Part shown: one piece after another, positions 18,886 to 28,632 of the stretch
How the letters are laid out: every line of letters begins with the position of its first letter
Numbering within the stretch: position 1 is the first letter of the stretch
Assembly: GCF_012516315.1 (NCBI RefSeq)
Contig: NZ_CP051185.1
Span: 299,459 to 331,458, forward strand
Reading direction: 5' to 3'
Length of the DNA stretch: 32,000 nucleotides
Origin: Limnospira fusiformis SAG 85.79
Lineage (GTDB): Bacteria; Cyanobacteriota; Cyanobacteriia; Cyanobacteriales; Microcoleaceae
Notes under the pieces: model-generated
Told to the model about the DNA's origin: nothing
What the model saw: only the letters and a program-made list of their open reading frames with translations
Database searches by the model: none
Program-made: the position numbers and the translations under genes

Positions 18886-19779
18886 TCACCCCAAACCTTT
18901 CCCAGAAACTGAGGAAGTTTCATTGTCCATGGTCAATTGTGGGTGAGGTTGTGGGTCGCCAATAGGCATATTTTCGATTTCCCAGACTTTCAGGAGAATC
19001 AGATATTCATAAAAGGCTTGTAGAGTACACCAGGCGAGTCCAGGTTGACCGTCGAGGAACCCTCCCAGGATAAAATACATATAGACGAAGCGGATTAGGG
19101 GTCGAAATGGTAGACGCAGAGATAAATCCTTTAAGGCGTGTCGCCTTTCCACCTCTGTTTTGCCGAAAAATAGGTGATTCCAGTTTACCGTACCCGATCG
19201 CAATTGTTTGACTGTTTCGTGGGCTTCATCTGTAGAATAACGGTTGTGCTTTTCTATCCATCGCGCCATGCCTTTACTGTTGGTATAGTGGGGATAGGTT
19301 TCTTGGAGGAAACTGGTAAGACCCTCACAGACTTCTCTCTCCGTGTGACCATAATCGGTAAACCAGACCCGCTGCTTATCAAATAGACGCATCTGATAAC
19401 GGGGGTATTGGGTACTGCGGCGAATCCAGCGACCCATAAACATGACTCTTTCGGCTGCATAATAACCGATATAGCCGTCAGTGTTTTGGGTTTGTTTTTG
19501 ACACTCGGCGAATAGTTCCGGGGTCATGCGTTCATCAGATTCGAGAATATACGCCCACTGATATTTAGTGGTTACTTCTCGCAGCATCCAAGTCCGTTGG
19601 CGACCGTGGCTTTCAAACTTATGTTGCAGTACACGGACGGGGTACTGTTGAGCAATTTCTACGGTGCGATCGCTACTAAAGGAATCGACCACAATTATAT
19701 CATCACATTGACTGGCTGACTCAATGCAGGCGGCTATATCAACTTCATCATTACAAGTCAGGATATAAATTGATAACAT
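18886..19779 (-). CDS. Family 2 glycosyltransferase
   Basis: GT-A N-terminus MLSIYILTCNDEVDIAACIESA...IIVVDSFSSDRT. I prefer the internal ATG at 19779; the 36 upstream codons in the track ORF look non-coding. Confidence 0.7.
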   Translation of the reverse strand: MLSIYILTCNDEVDIAACIESASQCDDIIVVDSFSSDRTVEIAQQYPVRVLQHKFESHGRQRTWMLREVTTKYQWAYILESDERMTPELFAECQKQTQNTDGYIGYYAAERVMFMGRWIRRSTQYPRYQMRLFDKQRVWFTDYGHTEREVCEGLTSFLQETYPHYTNSKGMARWIEKHNRYSTDEAHETVKQLRSGTVNWNHLFFGKTEVERRHALKDLSLRLPFRPLIRFVYMYFILGGFLDGQPGLAWCTLQAFYEYLILLKVWEIENMPIGDPQPHPQLTMDNETSSVSGKGLG

Positions 19780-19946
19780 TATCGTGAGGTGGTGAATAAT
19801 ATAGATTGGGGAAAGGTTGTCATATTTTATGAACCATAAAACCAGATAATTGAGAGTACAAAAATAGGCTCCATCTTGGTGCAACATAACCCTTGATTGA
19901 GGTTTAATTTACAGGGGTGGAGCCAGTAATTCCTAGGGGGGGGGTT

Positions 19947-20783
19947 TTATCCGGGGTTAGAAGAGGGTTTACGACGACCTTTATTCAGGAGGCCTAAGCC
20001 TTTTAAACTCGTCCAACCCAAGACGATATAACCGATCGCCAATAGCAAACTACTCATCCCGGTTTGGAGACTAGATTTGAGCGATCGCGTTTTAGTTTCA
20101 TCTTCTAGTTGTTGTTGGCGTTGGCGAATTTGGGTAAGTAATTGAACGGGGAGGGAGTCGGCTTGCTGTTCCAAGAACTCATCAAGGACGGCTGGATTAG
20201 TTCTAGATTCTTCCAGGACTTGTTGAATTTGCGGGGGAAGGTTTCCTTCCGCAATCACCTGATCTAATTGTGCCTCGTCTTGTATTAAGCCAGTCAACTG
20301 CGCTCGGAGTTCAACTTTTCGCTGTTCAATCTCCTGTTGAAACTGGGGACTTCCTAACTGGCTTTCCAGTTGAGTTTCGGCTTGCGCGGCTTGCTGACCA
20401 ATCTCGGATAAAGCATCTCGTCGGGCTAACCGGGTATTATTTAGGTGCATGGGAAAAATCAGCAGGTAAAGTAACCCGAATAAGCTGGCGAGGATACCAA
20501 CCCACAATCTTAGGTCGGAGATTTTTTTACCAGACTTAGGAGCATTCCCGAGGACGCTATCCATCCAATACCCCATTAAAACCAGAGCCATTCCTACCAG
20601 GGGAACTACGCCTCGGTCAACTAAGCTACTAGCGGTTTGAATTAACCAACCCCTATCGGTTAAATTGGGGGGAAATAATAGAACCAAATAATCGACCAAG
20701 GCTGACAGAATCAGGATTAGCCCAACTAATTTGATGCTAGAAGAGGCTTGAAAGGAAAATTGACGGTTTGCTGTTGATGTCAT
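19947..20783 (-). CDS. Membrane protein of unknown function (N-terminal TM bundle, Q-rich coiled coil, C-terminal TM)
   Basis: 278-aa ORF with four hydrophobic helices, then QAAQAETQLESQLGSPQFQQEIEQRK... and a terminal TM helix. It may be related to hormogonium-polysaccharide (Hps) proteins, but I cannot verify this. Confidence 0.45.
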   Translation of the reverse strand: MTSTANRQFSFQASSSIKLVGLILILSALVDYLVLLFPPNLTDRGWLIQTASSLVDRGVVPLVGMALVLMGYWMDSVLGNAPKSGKKISDLRLWVGILASLFGLLYLLIFPMHLNNTRLARRDALSEIGQQAAQAETQLESQLGSPQFQQEIEQRKVELRAQLTGLIQDEAQLDQVIAEGNLPPQIQQVLEESRTNPAVLDEFLEQQADSLPVQLLTQIRQRQQQLEDETKTRSLKSSLQTGMSSLLLAIGYIVLGWTSLKGLGLLNKGRRKPSSNPG

Positions 20784-20937
20784 AGGACGGTTAAGGATAC
20801 TCTAGGTTGGTCTACAGCCAAGATAACAGTTTTGGCTAGTATATAACTACTTTCAGATTTGCCAAGATGTGGGAATTGTTTAATAATTAGCCGCGGCTGA
20901 GTAGTGGTCAATGATATCAAAGAAAGGAGAGATAATC

Positions 20938-21438
20938 ATGATTGAGGGCCTTTATTCTGTGGAACAACTACGGGAGGCGATCGCCTATAACCCTGAACAA
21001 TGGCGACCTCTAGTTTTTAGCAATGGCTGTTTTGACTTGATTCATGTTGGACATATTCGCTACCTGACCCAAGCCAAAAGTTTGGGGCGATCGCTGGTAG
21101 TGGGTCTCAATAGCGATCGCTCTGTTCGCCTGATTAAACCCCACTCGGCCGGATATCCTCCCCGTCCTATTATACCAGAATTACAGCGAGCCGAAGTTCT
21201 CAGCCAGTTAAAACCCGTAGATGCAGTGGTCATTTTTCCAGAAAGCACTGCTACGGCGATTATTGAACAGCTACAACCTGATATATATGTTAAGGGTGGT
21301 GATTACACCATTGACACCCTACCGGAGGCCCCCACGGTTCAAGCCTATAACGGTAAAATCGTCCTCATTGCCGTGGAAATGCCTACTTCTACCAGTGGCA
21401 TTATTAATCGGATTTTGCACGCCTCAACCCAACCCTAA
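20938..21438 (+). CDS. rfaE2: D-glycero-beta-D-manno-heptose 1-phosphate adenylyltransferase-like cytidylyltransferase (RfaE domain II type)
   Basis: Nucleotidyltransferase motif FSNGCFDLIHVGHIRYL, plus VVGLNSD. AGGAGA lies 5 nt upstream of the ATG at 20938. Confidence 0.75.
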   Translation: MIEGLYSVEQLREAIAYNPEQWRPLVFSNGCFDLIHVGHIRYLTQAKSLGRSLVVGLNSDRSVRLIKPHSAGYPPRPIIPELQRAEVLSQLKPVDAVVIFPESTATAIIEQLQPDIYVKGGDYTIDTLPEAPTVQAYNGKIVLIAVEMPTSTSGIINRILHASTQP

Positions 21439-21558
21439 CCCTTCTACACCCCCAACAAGTTTTATCCCCCAGACTCGTCTTTTTCCCCCCTCCCCAACTG
21501 CGAAATTACCCCGCCATGACACGACCTCAACCCTCACAACATCCACACACCACCGGGC

Positions 21559-24140
21559 GTTTCCCTCCCCTCATGGGGAATTTGTAGGGTTGCACACGGC
21601 TGCAGTCATTCATCACTAATGTCGGGGCTATTAGTCGGTTTCCGTCCCCTGACGGGGAATTGGTAGGGTTGGACGCTGTAAATATTACGAAGTCAAAGCA
21701 AACGCCACTCTCTGGTCGTTTCCGTCCCCTGACGGGGAATTGGTAGGGTTGGACACCCCCGAAACCTGCAGTAGTTCTACGGCAAAGAAATGCGCGTTTC
21801 CGTCCCCTGACGGGGAATTGGTAGGGTTGGACCGAGCGAGAAAAGGTTAATTTCTTGGCTAGAAAATTTAGCCCGGTTTCCGTCCCCTGACGGGGAATTG
21901 GTAGGGTTGGACCACATATGGTGGGAAAACCAGCGTTCGCGATGGGATTCTTTAAGGTTTCCGTCCCCTGACGGGGAATTGGTAGGGTTGGACCTCGAAG
22001 AGCGTTTATCATTTCCATTAGGGGGTATTTTCCCCATTCTTCTGTTTCCGTCCCCTGACGGGGAATTGGTAGGGTTGGACGAGTGTGAAGACTGGGATTT
22101 AGTCTCCCAGATCGAAGCCTACAAGGCGGAGAAGTTTCCGTCCCCTGACGGGGGAATTGGTAGGGTTGGACAGACACACAGAAGGCAAAACAAATGAAAA
22201 CACCGAACTATGAAGCAGTTTCCGTCCCCTGACGGGGGAATTGGTAGGGTTGGACACACCTATTGAAGATGTGTTAACTGCTTTAAATGAGTTTGTCTCT
22301 GGTTTCCGTCCCCTGACGGGGGAATTGGTAGGGTTGGACGTCAGGCAGTGGCTTGGGTGGGTTTTTCTGAAGTTGTATCAAGTTTCCGTCCCCTGACGGG
22401 GGAATTGGTAGGGTTGGACTTTCGTGCCAAACCATAGAGAAATCTAGTCTACTTGGATAGAGAGTTTCCGTCCCCTGACGGGGGAATTGGTAGGGTTGGA
22501 CGAGAATATCATGGTGACTGCCCGTGTCCAAGCACTGCGGAACAAAGTTGTTTCCGTCCCCTGACGGGGGAATTGGTAGGGTTGGACACGACAAAGGCTA
22601 ACAGTTTGAGATTAACCATCAGCACGGAAAGTTTCCGTCCCCTGACGGGGGAATTGGTAGGGTTGGACGAGTGCGAACCAATTGAACCAATTTCGGAACC
22701 GGAAATCAAGCCGGAGTTTCCGTCCCCTGACGGGGGAATTGGTAGGGTTGGACCTGATCCAGGCATGGGTGCTTGGTCGACAACAGGCAAAGAATAAACA
22801 GTTTCCGTCCCCTGACGGGGGAATTGGTAGGGTTGGACAGAAATGGGGAAGTTGCAGGAGTAAGAGGGCTGAGGCCTTAATGTTTCCGTCCCCTGACGGG
22901 GGAATTGGTAGGGTTGGACTTCGGAGCGTTCATGCGAGTGAACATCCCTGAAACAGGGCTAGTTTCCGTCCCCTGACGGGGGAATTGGTAGGGTTGGACC
23001 CATTGTCGGAAGTTTCATTAAACAGGAGACTGAAGAAATAAAATCCGTTTCCGTCCCCTGACGGGGGAATTGGTAGGGTTGGACGCGGTTTTAAGTAGTG
23101 GGGAAAAATTCACCCCCCACAACTACCCAATGTTTCCGTCCCCTGACGGGGGAATTGGTAGGGTTGGACCACAGATGCTAGATAAGGCCGATGAAAAGGG
23201 TCGAATCGTGTTTCCGTCCCCTGACGGGGGAATTGGTAGGGTTGGACTGGAGGTCTATCGGAGTACTAACTACTCCGGGTACGGCTTCAAGTTTCCGTCC
23301 CCTGACGGGGGAATTGGTAGGGTTGGACAGTTATAAACCATACCATGAAGATGAATATTTGGGAATATAGAGTGTTTCCGTCCCCTGACGGGGGAATTGG
23401 TAGGGTTGGACCTGAATTTGATGAGTTTATCACACCCACACCCCAACTAGGTGCGGTAAGTTTCCGTCCCCTGACGGGGGAATTGGTAGGGTTGGACTCA
23501 AAGAGAGGATCCGTAATGGACTGCGTCCTGAAGGGTGACTTGGTTTCCGTCCCCTGACGGGGGAATTGGTAGGGTTGGACATCGCGTATGCGATCTTCGT
23601 ATTTGGGGTGCTTCCTCGGCTGTTTCCGTCCCCTGACGGGGGAATTGGTAGGGTTGGACTAGCTGATTCAACCGATATCACTCTACGAGTTTCATTGATT
23701 TCAGAAGTTTCCGTCCCCTGACGGGGGAATTGGTAGGGTTGGACTCATTACAGAAAAACATGAACAGCGTGGACATTTCTCTAGTTTCCGTCCCCTGACG
23801 GGGGAATTGGTAGGGTTGGACCATCGAGGCACCGAAATTTTTTACCCTGTTTATTTTCTTAGTGGTTTCCGTCCCCTGACGGGGGAATTGGTAGGGTTGG
23901 ACGGGTAGTGAGTCAGTATTCTATTGCAAAAGGAGAAGACTATGGTTTCCGTCCCCTGACGGGGGAATTGGTAGGGTTGGACACTCGGGTAAAGGTTCAG
24001 GTCAAAATCCACGGCGAGTGGGTAGTTTCCGTCCCCTGACGGGGGAATTGGTAGGGTTGGACTTAGAACTTTAATTTTTTTAATAAAGGAATGTCTCCCT
24101 TGGTTTCCGTCCCCTGACGGGGGAATTGGTAGGGTTGGAC
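21559..24140 (-). CRISPR. CRISPR array of 32 repeats and 31 spacers, with no cas genes in the window
   Basis: On the plus strand the repeat is GTTTCCGTCCCCTGACGGGGGAATTGGTAGGGTTGGAC (38 nt, repeats 8-32). Repeats 2-7 are a 37-nt variant with one fewer G. A degenerate terminal copy with 5 mismatches lies at 21559-21595. Read on the minus strand the repeat is GTCCAACCCTACCAATTCCCCCGTCAGGGGACGGAAAC, giving a CCCC-GUCA-GGGG hairpin followed by an 8-nt ACGGAAAC tag. Spacers are unique and 39-53 nt long. Confidence 0.97.
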
Positions 24141-24271
24141 CCTATACCTTTGGAAACCTTACGGTATGCGGTTTTCAAGGTGCGATCGCGCGAGAGCACG
24201 TAGAAGGTGCTTAACAAAACTTTACAGCCCTTTTTTCGGGGAGCAAATTCGTTTGTTTTCGCTGGATTTAT

Positions 24272-24299
24272 ATTATCAGCCATAGTGCCAGACTGTCAA
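24272..24299 (-). promoter_or_regulatory. Candidate sigma70-type promoter in the CRISPR leader
   Basis: The minus strand reads TTGACA (24299-24294), 16 nt, then GATAAT (24277-24272). This is about 125-130 nt upstream of the leader-proximal repeat. Confidence 0.5.
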
Positions 24300-24725
24300 C
24301 CCCCCGAAACAAAAACTTTTCTTCGCGTGGCTAAAGTTTGCTTTAACTAGGGCAGGATTAGAAGTCGCGCGAGGTTATGAGAATCTGTAATATAACTTTA
24401 CACAAGCCGAAACCATTACCCTGCAACGAATCCATCGATTAAGTAGGCACGATCGCCCCAAAAAACGGAAATAATTATGAGAATGACCTCGCCAACCATA
24501 TCCGGGGGACAGGGGCGATGCCACAATTAAGCAAAACCGTAGCAGCCAGAGTCAAGTCCGAGGGGTAATTAAATATCCCGATTGTCCGTAGCGCGTTTAT
24601 CTGAATCCAATGCACCTGTACAATGGTGGATTAATCACCTTTTTATATTATTGGGCCAAACCAGCCCAGTTACTTTTCCGCCGCCAGTTAACCCTAGGCG
24701 GTTTCCAAGCTACCGGAGAAATTCA

Positions 24726-25448
24726 ATGACTGATTTGATCGCCTCCTCCGACCAAGACCTATCAATAGAGTTAAACCAACTGCGCTCACAACTAAACAGC
24801 GACAGCCAGACCCAGCAGTTAAAGGCGATCGCCTCATTAGCGACCCAGGGGGAACTTGGTTTAGATGTACTGATAGAATTTTTAATGTCCCAGCAGACCG
24901 AAACTCCCACCCCTGTCAGTGGTGAAGCCTATAGAGTCCTGTATCTAGCCAACCTCCCGAAAACCCAAGAGTTTTTGGAAACCCATTTTCCGACGGGAGT
25001 AGTTCCCCTAAACTCAGAGGTAGGGGCTGATTATTTTCCCCTCCAACAGGAATTGCTACAGCAAAACTTCCAAGCCGCCGACCTGCTGACCCTGAGAAAC
25101 CTGTGTGAGTTAGCCAGCGACGCAGCAGTTAAACGAAACTGGCTATATTTTTCGGAAGTCGATCGCTTTCCCGTCGCCGACTTACAAACCATTGACACCC
25201 TGTGGCGAGTCCATTCCCAAGGCAAATTTGGCTATACCGTCCAGCGGGAAGTTTGGTTAGGTGTCGGCAAAAATTGGGATAAATTGTGGCAGAAAATTGG
25301 CTGGAGAAGCGATCGCACTTGGACCCGCTATCCCCAAGGCTTCACTTGGGAACTAAGCGCCCCCAGGGGACACCTACCCCTTTCCAATCAATTACGCGGT
25401 AGAAGAGTCATTGAGGCTCTGTTCAATCATCCCGCCTTCAGTAACTAG
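24726..25448 (+). CDS. gun4: GUN4 domain protein (Mg-chelatase regulator, Ycf53-like)
   Basis: C-terminal GUN4 pattern: WLYFSEVDRFPVADLQTIDTLWRVHSQGKFGYTVQREVW...APRGHLP. I prefer the ATG at 24726, preceded by GGAGA, over the TTG at 24582. Confidence 0.8.
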   Translation: MTDLIASSDQDLSIELNQLRSQLNSDSQTQQLKAIASLATQGELGLDVLIEFLMSQQTETPTPVSGEAYRVLYLANLPKTQEFLETHFPTGVVPLNSEVGADYFPLQQELLQQNFQAADLLTLRNLCELASDAAVKRNWLYFSEVDRFPVADLQTIDTLWRVHSQGKFGYTVQREVWLGVGKNWDKLWQKIGWRSDRTWTRYPQGFTWELSAPRGHLPLSNQLRGRRVIEALFNHPAFSN

Positions 25449-25597
25449 GAAAACAGCCCCCCCTTGGTAATACCTAAAAGTCCTCCTCCCTAGAGGACCG
25501 GGGAAGCCCTTAATTACCGTGGTGATGGTAACACATTCTGGGCGGAAAAATGCTATGGTTAACCTAAGTCCTCCCTTAACTCATCCAAAAAAAATCT

Positions 25598-26692
25598 ATG
25601 GTTGGTTTCCTCAAAGGTATTTTTTCCAGTCGTAAGCCGGGAATGGGTATTGAACTAGCCGCCGAGCGAATTAATATTGTCGAAATTCGCAAAAAAGGCG
25701 ATAAGTTCAAGTTGTTAACCTTAGCCACTGCCGAGGTTCCCGAAAATGTGGTGCAGGATGGTCAAATAGTTGATACTCCTACCATGTCGGAGTTAATCGA
25801 ATCGACATTGGCGGACAATAATATCAAAACCAAAAACATCGCCACCGCTATTCCCGGAAGGGAAGCAGTCACTCGTTTAATCCCGGTTCCGGCGGAGTTA
25901 AATGAGGAGGAACTTAAAGAATATATGAACGCCGAAGCGGGTTTATATCTGCCTTTTCCCAGGGAAGAAGCCGACGTAGACTATCAGAAACTGGGAACAT
26001 TTGTTGATGAAGATGGCATCGAAAAAGTACAGGTTTTGTTAGTCGCTACCCGCAAAGAAGTTACCAACACTTACATAGAAACCTTTGAACAAGCTGGCTT
26101 ACAAATAGAGGTTTTAGAAATCAGTAACTTTGCCCTAATTCGGACTATGAAAAGTCAGTTAGAACACTTTTCTTCTAACGAGGCGGCGATTTTAGCTGAC
26201 ATCGAATTTGATAGCACCGAATTGGTGATTGTGGTCAATGGCGTTCCCCAATTTACCCGGACTATTCCCATTGGTTTGTATCAGGTACAATCGGGACTTA
26301 ATAATGCCATGAACCTACCACCCTCACGGGATTTTCAGGAATTGCAGGCGATGACCCTTCCCGTAACTGATACAATGGGAGCATTGAGCGAACCCAATCC
26401 GGGAGTTAATGCCATAATTAAGGTATTAGCAGAGTTAGCCGATGAACTCCGACGCTCTATTGATTTCTACATCAACCAAAATGATGGTTTGGAAATCGCC
26501 CAGTTACTTCTGGCTGGTCCTGGGGCGGCGATCGGACAACTGGATGAGTTCTTTATGCAACGCCTAGCCATGCCAGCCACCCAGGTAGACCCCATAGAAG
26601 CCCTGAACCTGTTAACAGATGATCAGGAAATTCCCCCGGAGCAGCGTGCTAGTTTAGGAGTGGTATTAGGTTTAGGATTGCGCGTTACCTAG
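25598..26692 (+). CDS. pilM: Type IV pilus assembly ATPase-like protein PilM
   Basis: Actin-like fold protein and first gene of the pilMNOQ order. It is 364 aa, a typical PilM length. Confidence 0.85.
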   Translation: MVGFLKGIFSSRKPGMGIELAAERINIVEIRKKGDKFKLLTLATAEVPENVVQDGQIVDTPTMSELIESTLADNNIKTKNIATAIPGREAVTRLIPVPAELNEEELKEYMNAEAGLYLPFPREEADVDYQKLGTFVDEDGIEKVQVLLVATRKEVTNTYIETFEQAGLQIEVLEISNFALIRTMKSQLEHFSSNEAAILADIEFDSTELVIVVNGVPQFTRTIPIGLYQVQSGLNNAMNLPPSRDFQELQAMTLPVTDTMGALSEPNPGVNAIIKVLAELADELRRSIDFYINQNDGLEIAQLLLAGPGAAIGQLDEFFMQRLAMPATQVDPIEALNLLTDDQEIPPEQRASLGVVLGLGLRVT

Positions 26693-26750
26693 TTCCGGGA
26701 ACTCTCACTGCTACCATGTCTATAAAAATACTACCAGAGGGTTTGTTAAT

Positions 26751-27551
26751 ATGTACAGCCTTGATATTAATTTTCTTAACGATCGCCCAGAGTATAAAAC
26801 CCGAGTTATCAAGCCCCCCAAAGGCGCTGCGGGGAAACCCGTTGACCAAACACCCATTTTAATCGGACTGGGGGTAGCTGTGGGACTCAATGCTTTAATG
26901 GGAGGCGGTTGGTTTGTGTTAACTAGGCAAAATGCCAGCCTTTCCAGAGAAGTCGATGCTTTAGAGGTGCAACTGGGCGAAAAAAATGTCCAAGTCCAAG
27001 CCCTCGATCGCATTTATGCAGAAGCGAAACAGACCAATGAGGAAGCCGATGCTTTGGCTTTGGTATTCAATGAGATTAAGCCCTGGTCAGCTTTAAGTCA
27101 AGAAATGGCTAAGATCATGCAAATTGCTGGGGTGAGAATTACCAACCTCCGACAAACCGAACCCACCAACGAAGCAACTACCGCCTCTGAGGAAGAGGGA
27201 CAGACCCCTGCTAGACAAACCGCACAAGTTACCATTGAAGGAAATGTTGGTTCTTTTGGGCAGCTTAATGATTTCATGTTGTTGGTCAACCAGTCGCCTT
27301 TCTTTAATGGCAGCACAACCCGGCTAGTTTCTGCTAGATTGCAAGATAACCCCACCCGTTTAGTGGTGGCTGACGGTTCCTCAGTGCCTGGGGGTCTGCC
27401 AGATTTACAGCCCATCGTGCAGTTTAGCATAGAAACCCGTCTGAGTTCTGCCACGGCTTCGGAACTGTTACCCCTATTAAAAGCTAATGACGCACTGGGT
27501 TTGGTTAATCGAATTGAAACCCTCACAGAACAAGGTGTAATTCGACCCTAG
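26751..27551 (+). CDS. pilN: Type IV pilus assembly protein PilN
   Basis: The N-terminus is MYSLDINFLNDR, followed by a single TM helix and a coiled coil. Its position between pilM and pilO supports the call. Confidence 0.8.
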   Translation: MYSLDINFLNDRPEYKTRVIKPPKGAAGKPVDQTPILIGLGVAVGLNALMGGGWFVLTRQNASLSREVDALEVQLGEKNVQVQALDRIYAEAKQTNEEADALALVFNEIKPWSALSQEMAKIMQIAGVRITNLRQTEPTNEATTASEEEGQTPARQTAQVTIEGNVGSFGQLNDFMLLVNQSPFFNGSTTRLVSARLQDNPTRLVVADGSSVPGGLPDLQPIVQFSIETRLSSATASELLPLLKANDALGLVNRIETLTEQGVIRP

Positions 27552-27601
27552 GCTTTTGGTCTCAGGGTTTTGATGTCAACAAAAAACGGAGGTTTTTTCC
27601 T

Positions 27602-28384
27602 ATGGTAGCAGCAAATGAGTATCTTCTTGATGATGAGGAACCGGAGGAGGAGGAGGAAGGTTCTGGCCCAGTGATATTGGGTTTGGCTATCACTTCTAAG
27701 GTCGTCGGTATTGCTATTGGAGCCCTAGGCGCGATTTTGTGTGGGGTGGGTGTGTTTTACCTGGCTTTGCCGACTTGGGAAGAACAGCAAATACTCAATT
27801 CCAACATTCAAATTAAGCAAAGGGAAATTGAACAGCAAAACGAAAAGTTGCAGCAGCAAGAGGAGGCGGAACGTCAACGAGAGGAAGCTAAACAGCGACT
27901 GGCTAGTGTAACGGCTTTGTTTGCTGATGAAGCAAATCTGGAAATGTTGATGTTTGATGTTAATGAACAATTAAATCAAATTAATGCGGGTATTTTGGAT
28001 GAAGAACTAAAAGCACGTTTGGTTAGGTTTCAACCCCAAAGTGATGGACCCATGCTAGTGACTGATGGTTCTCTCGGTTCCCAAGTTAACAATAAACTGA
28101 GACGACAAGAGTACGAGGTGGAGGTGGAAGGGAGTTTTGAGCAAATCCGCAAATTTATGATTTCTCTGGAGAGAATGCAGCCTATGCTAGTGGTTAGAGA
28201 CTTTAGTTCTCAGTTGCTGGATCGATCGCCAGAATTGAAGGGGGAAATTCGCCAGGGTCGCTTTGTTCCCATAGATAACCAGCCTCAACGCCGCCTCAGA
28301 AGTACGTTTAAGTTACACGCCTTAATGCCTTTGAGTGACGAGCAGCGTGAGCAACAACAGCAACCAGAAGCTGAAAAAAAATAA
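27602..28384 (+). CDS. pilO: Type IV pilus assembly protein PilO
   Basis: Single TM helix, coiled coil (QQNEKLQQQEEAERQREEAKQ) and a ferredoxin-like C-terminus. Operon position supports the call. Confidence 0.75.
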   Translation: MVAANEYLLDDEEPEEEEEGSGPVILGLAITSKVVGIAIGALGAILCGVGVFYLALPTWEEQQILNSNIQIKQREIEQQNEKLQQQEEAERQREEAKQRLASVTALFADEANLEMLMFDVNEQLNQINAGILDEELKARLVRFQPQSDGPMLVTDGSLGSQVNNKLRRQEYEVEVEGSFEQIRKFMISLERMQPMLVVRDFSSQLLDRSPELKGEIRQGRFVPIDNQPQRRLRSTFKLHALMPLSDEQREQQQQPEAEKK

Positions 28385-28405
28385 TGTTCTGGTTCACAGA
28401 TAATC

Positions 28406-28452
28406 GAGCGATCGCCTTATCAACCCCAAATCATGGCGATCGCTCATTTTTT
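28406..28452 (+). terminator. Putative intrinsic terminator after pilO
   Basis: An 11-bp stem, GAGCGATCGCC (28406-28416) with GGCGATCGCTC (28435-28445), is followed by A and TTTTTT (28447-28452). The 18-nt loop is large. Confidence 0.45.
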
Positions 28453-28632
28453 GGCAGAATGGGGGTTGACAAAATCGCTAAAATGTGATAGGTTGCCCAG
28501 ATAAAATGCCCGTGGGTGTAGATAATTTCCTATTGTCCTGTTGCCCCGGATGAATTATGATTTTTCCAGGCCTAAGCAAACAGAATATATAAACCAATAG
28601 CAACGGTTGCTTTCCAACTTTTAGGAGGAAAT

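Noticed and set aside
21559-24140. Self-targeting spacers against the IS elements, introns or other sequence in this window
   Set aside because: I saw no spacer matching the tnpB elements or introns by eye. This cannot be excluded without an alignment search, so it is not reported as a finding.
21527-24283. About a dozen overlapping ORFs on both strands with recurring peptides (FPSPDGGIGRVG, PTLPIPPSGDGN, SNPTNSPVRGRK)
   Set aside because: They are translations of the CRISPR repeat in different frames. The periodic peptide repeats coincide exactly with repeat positions, so this is not coding sequence.
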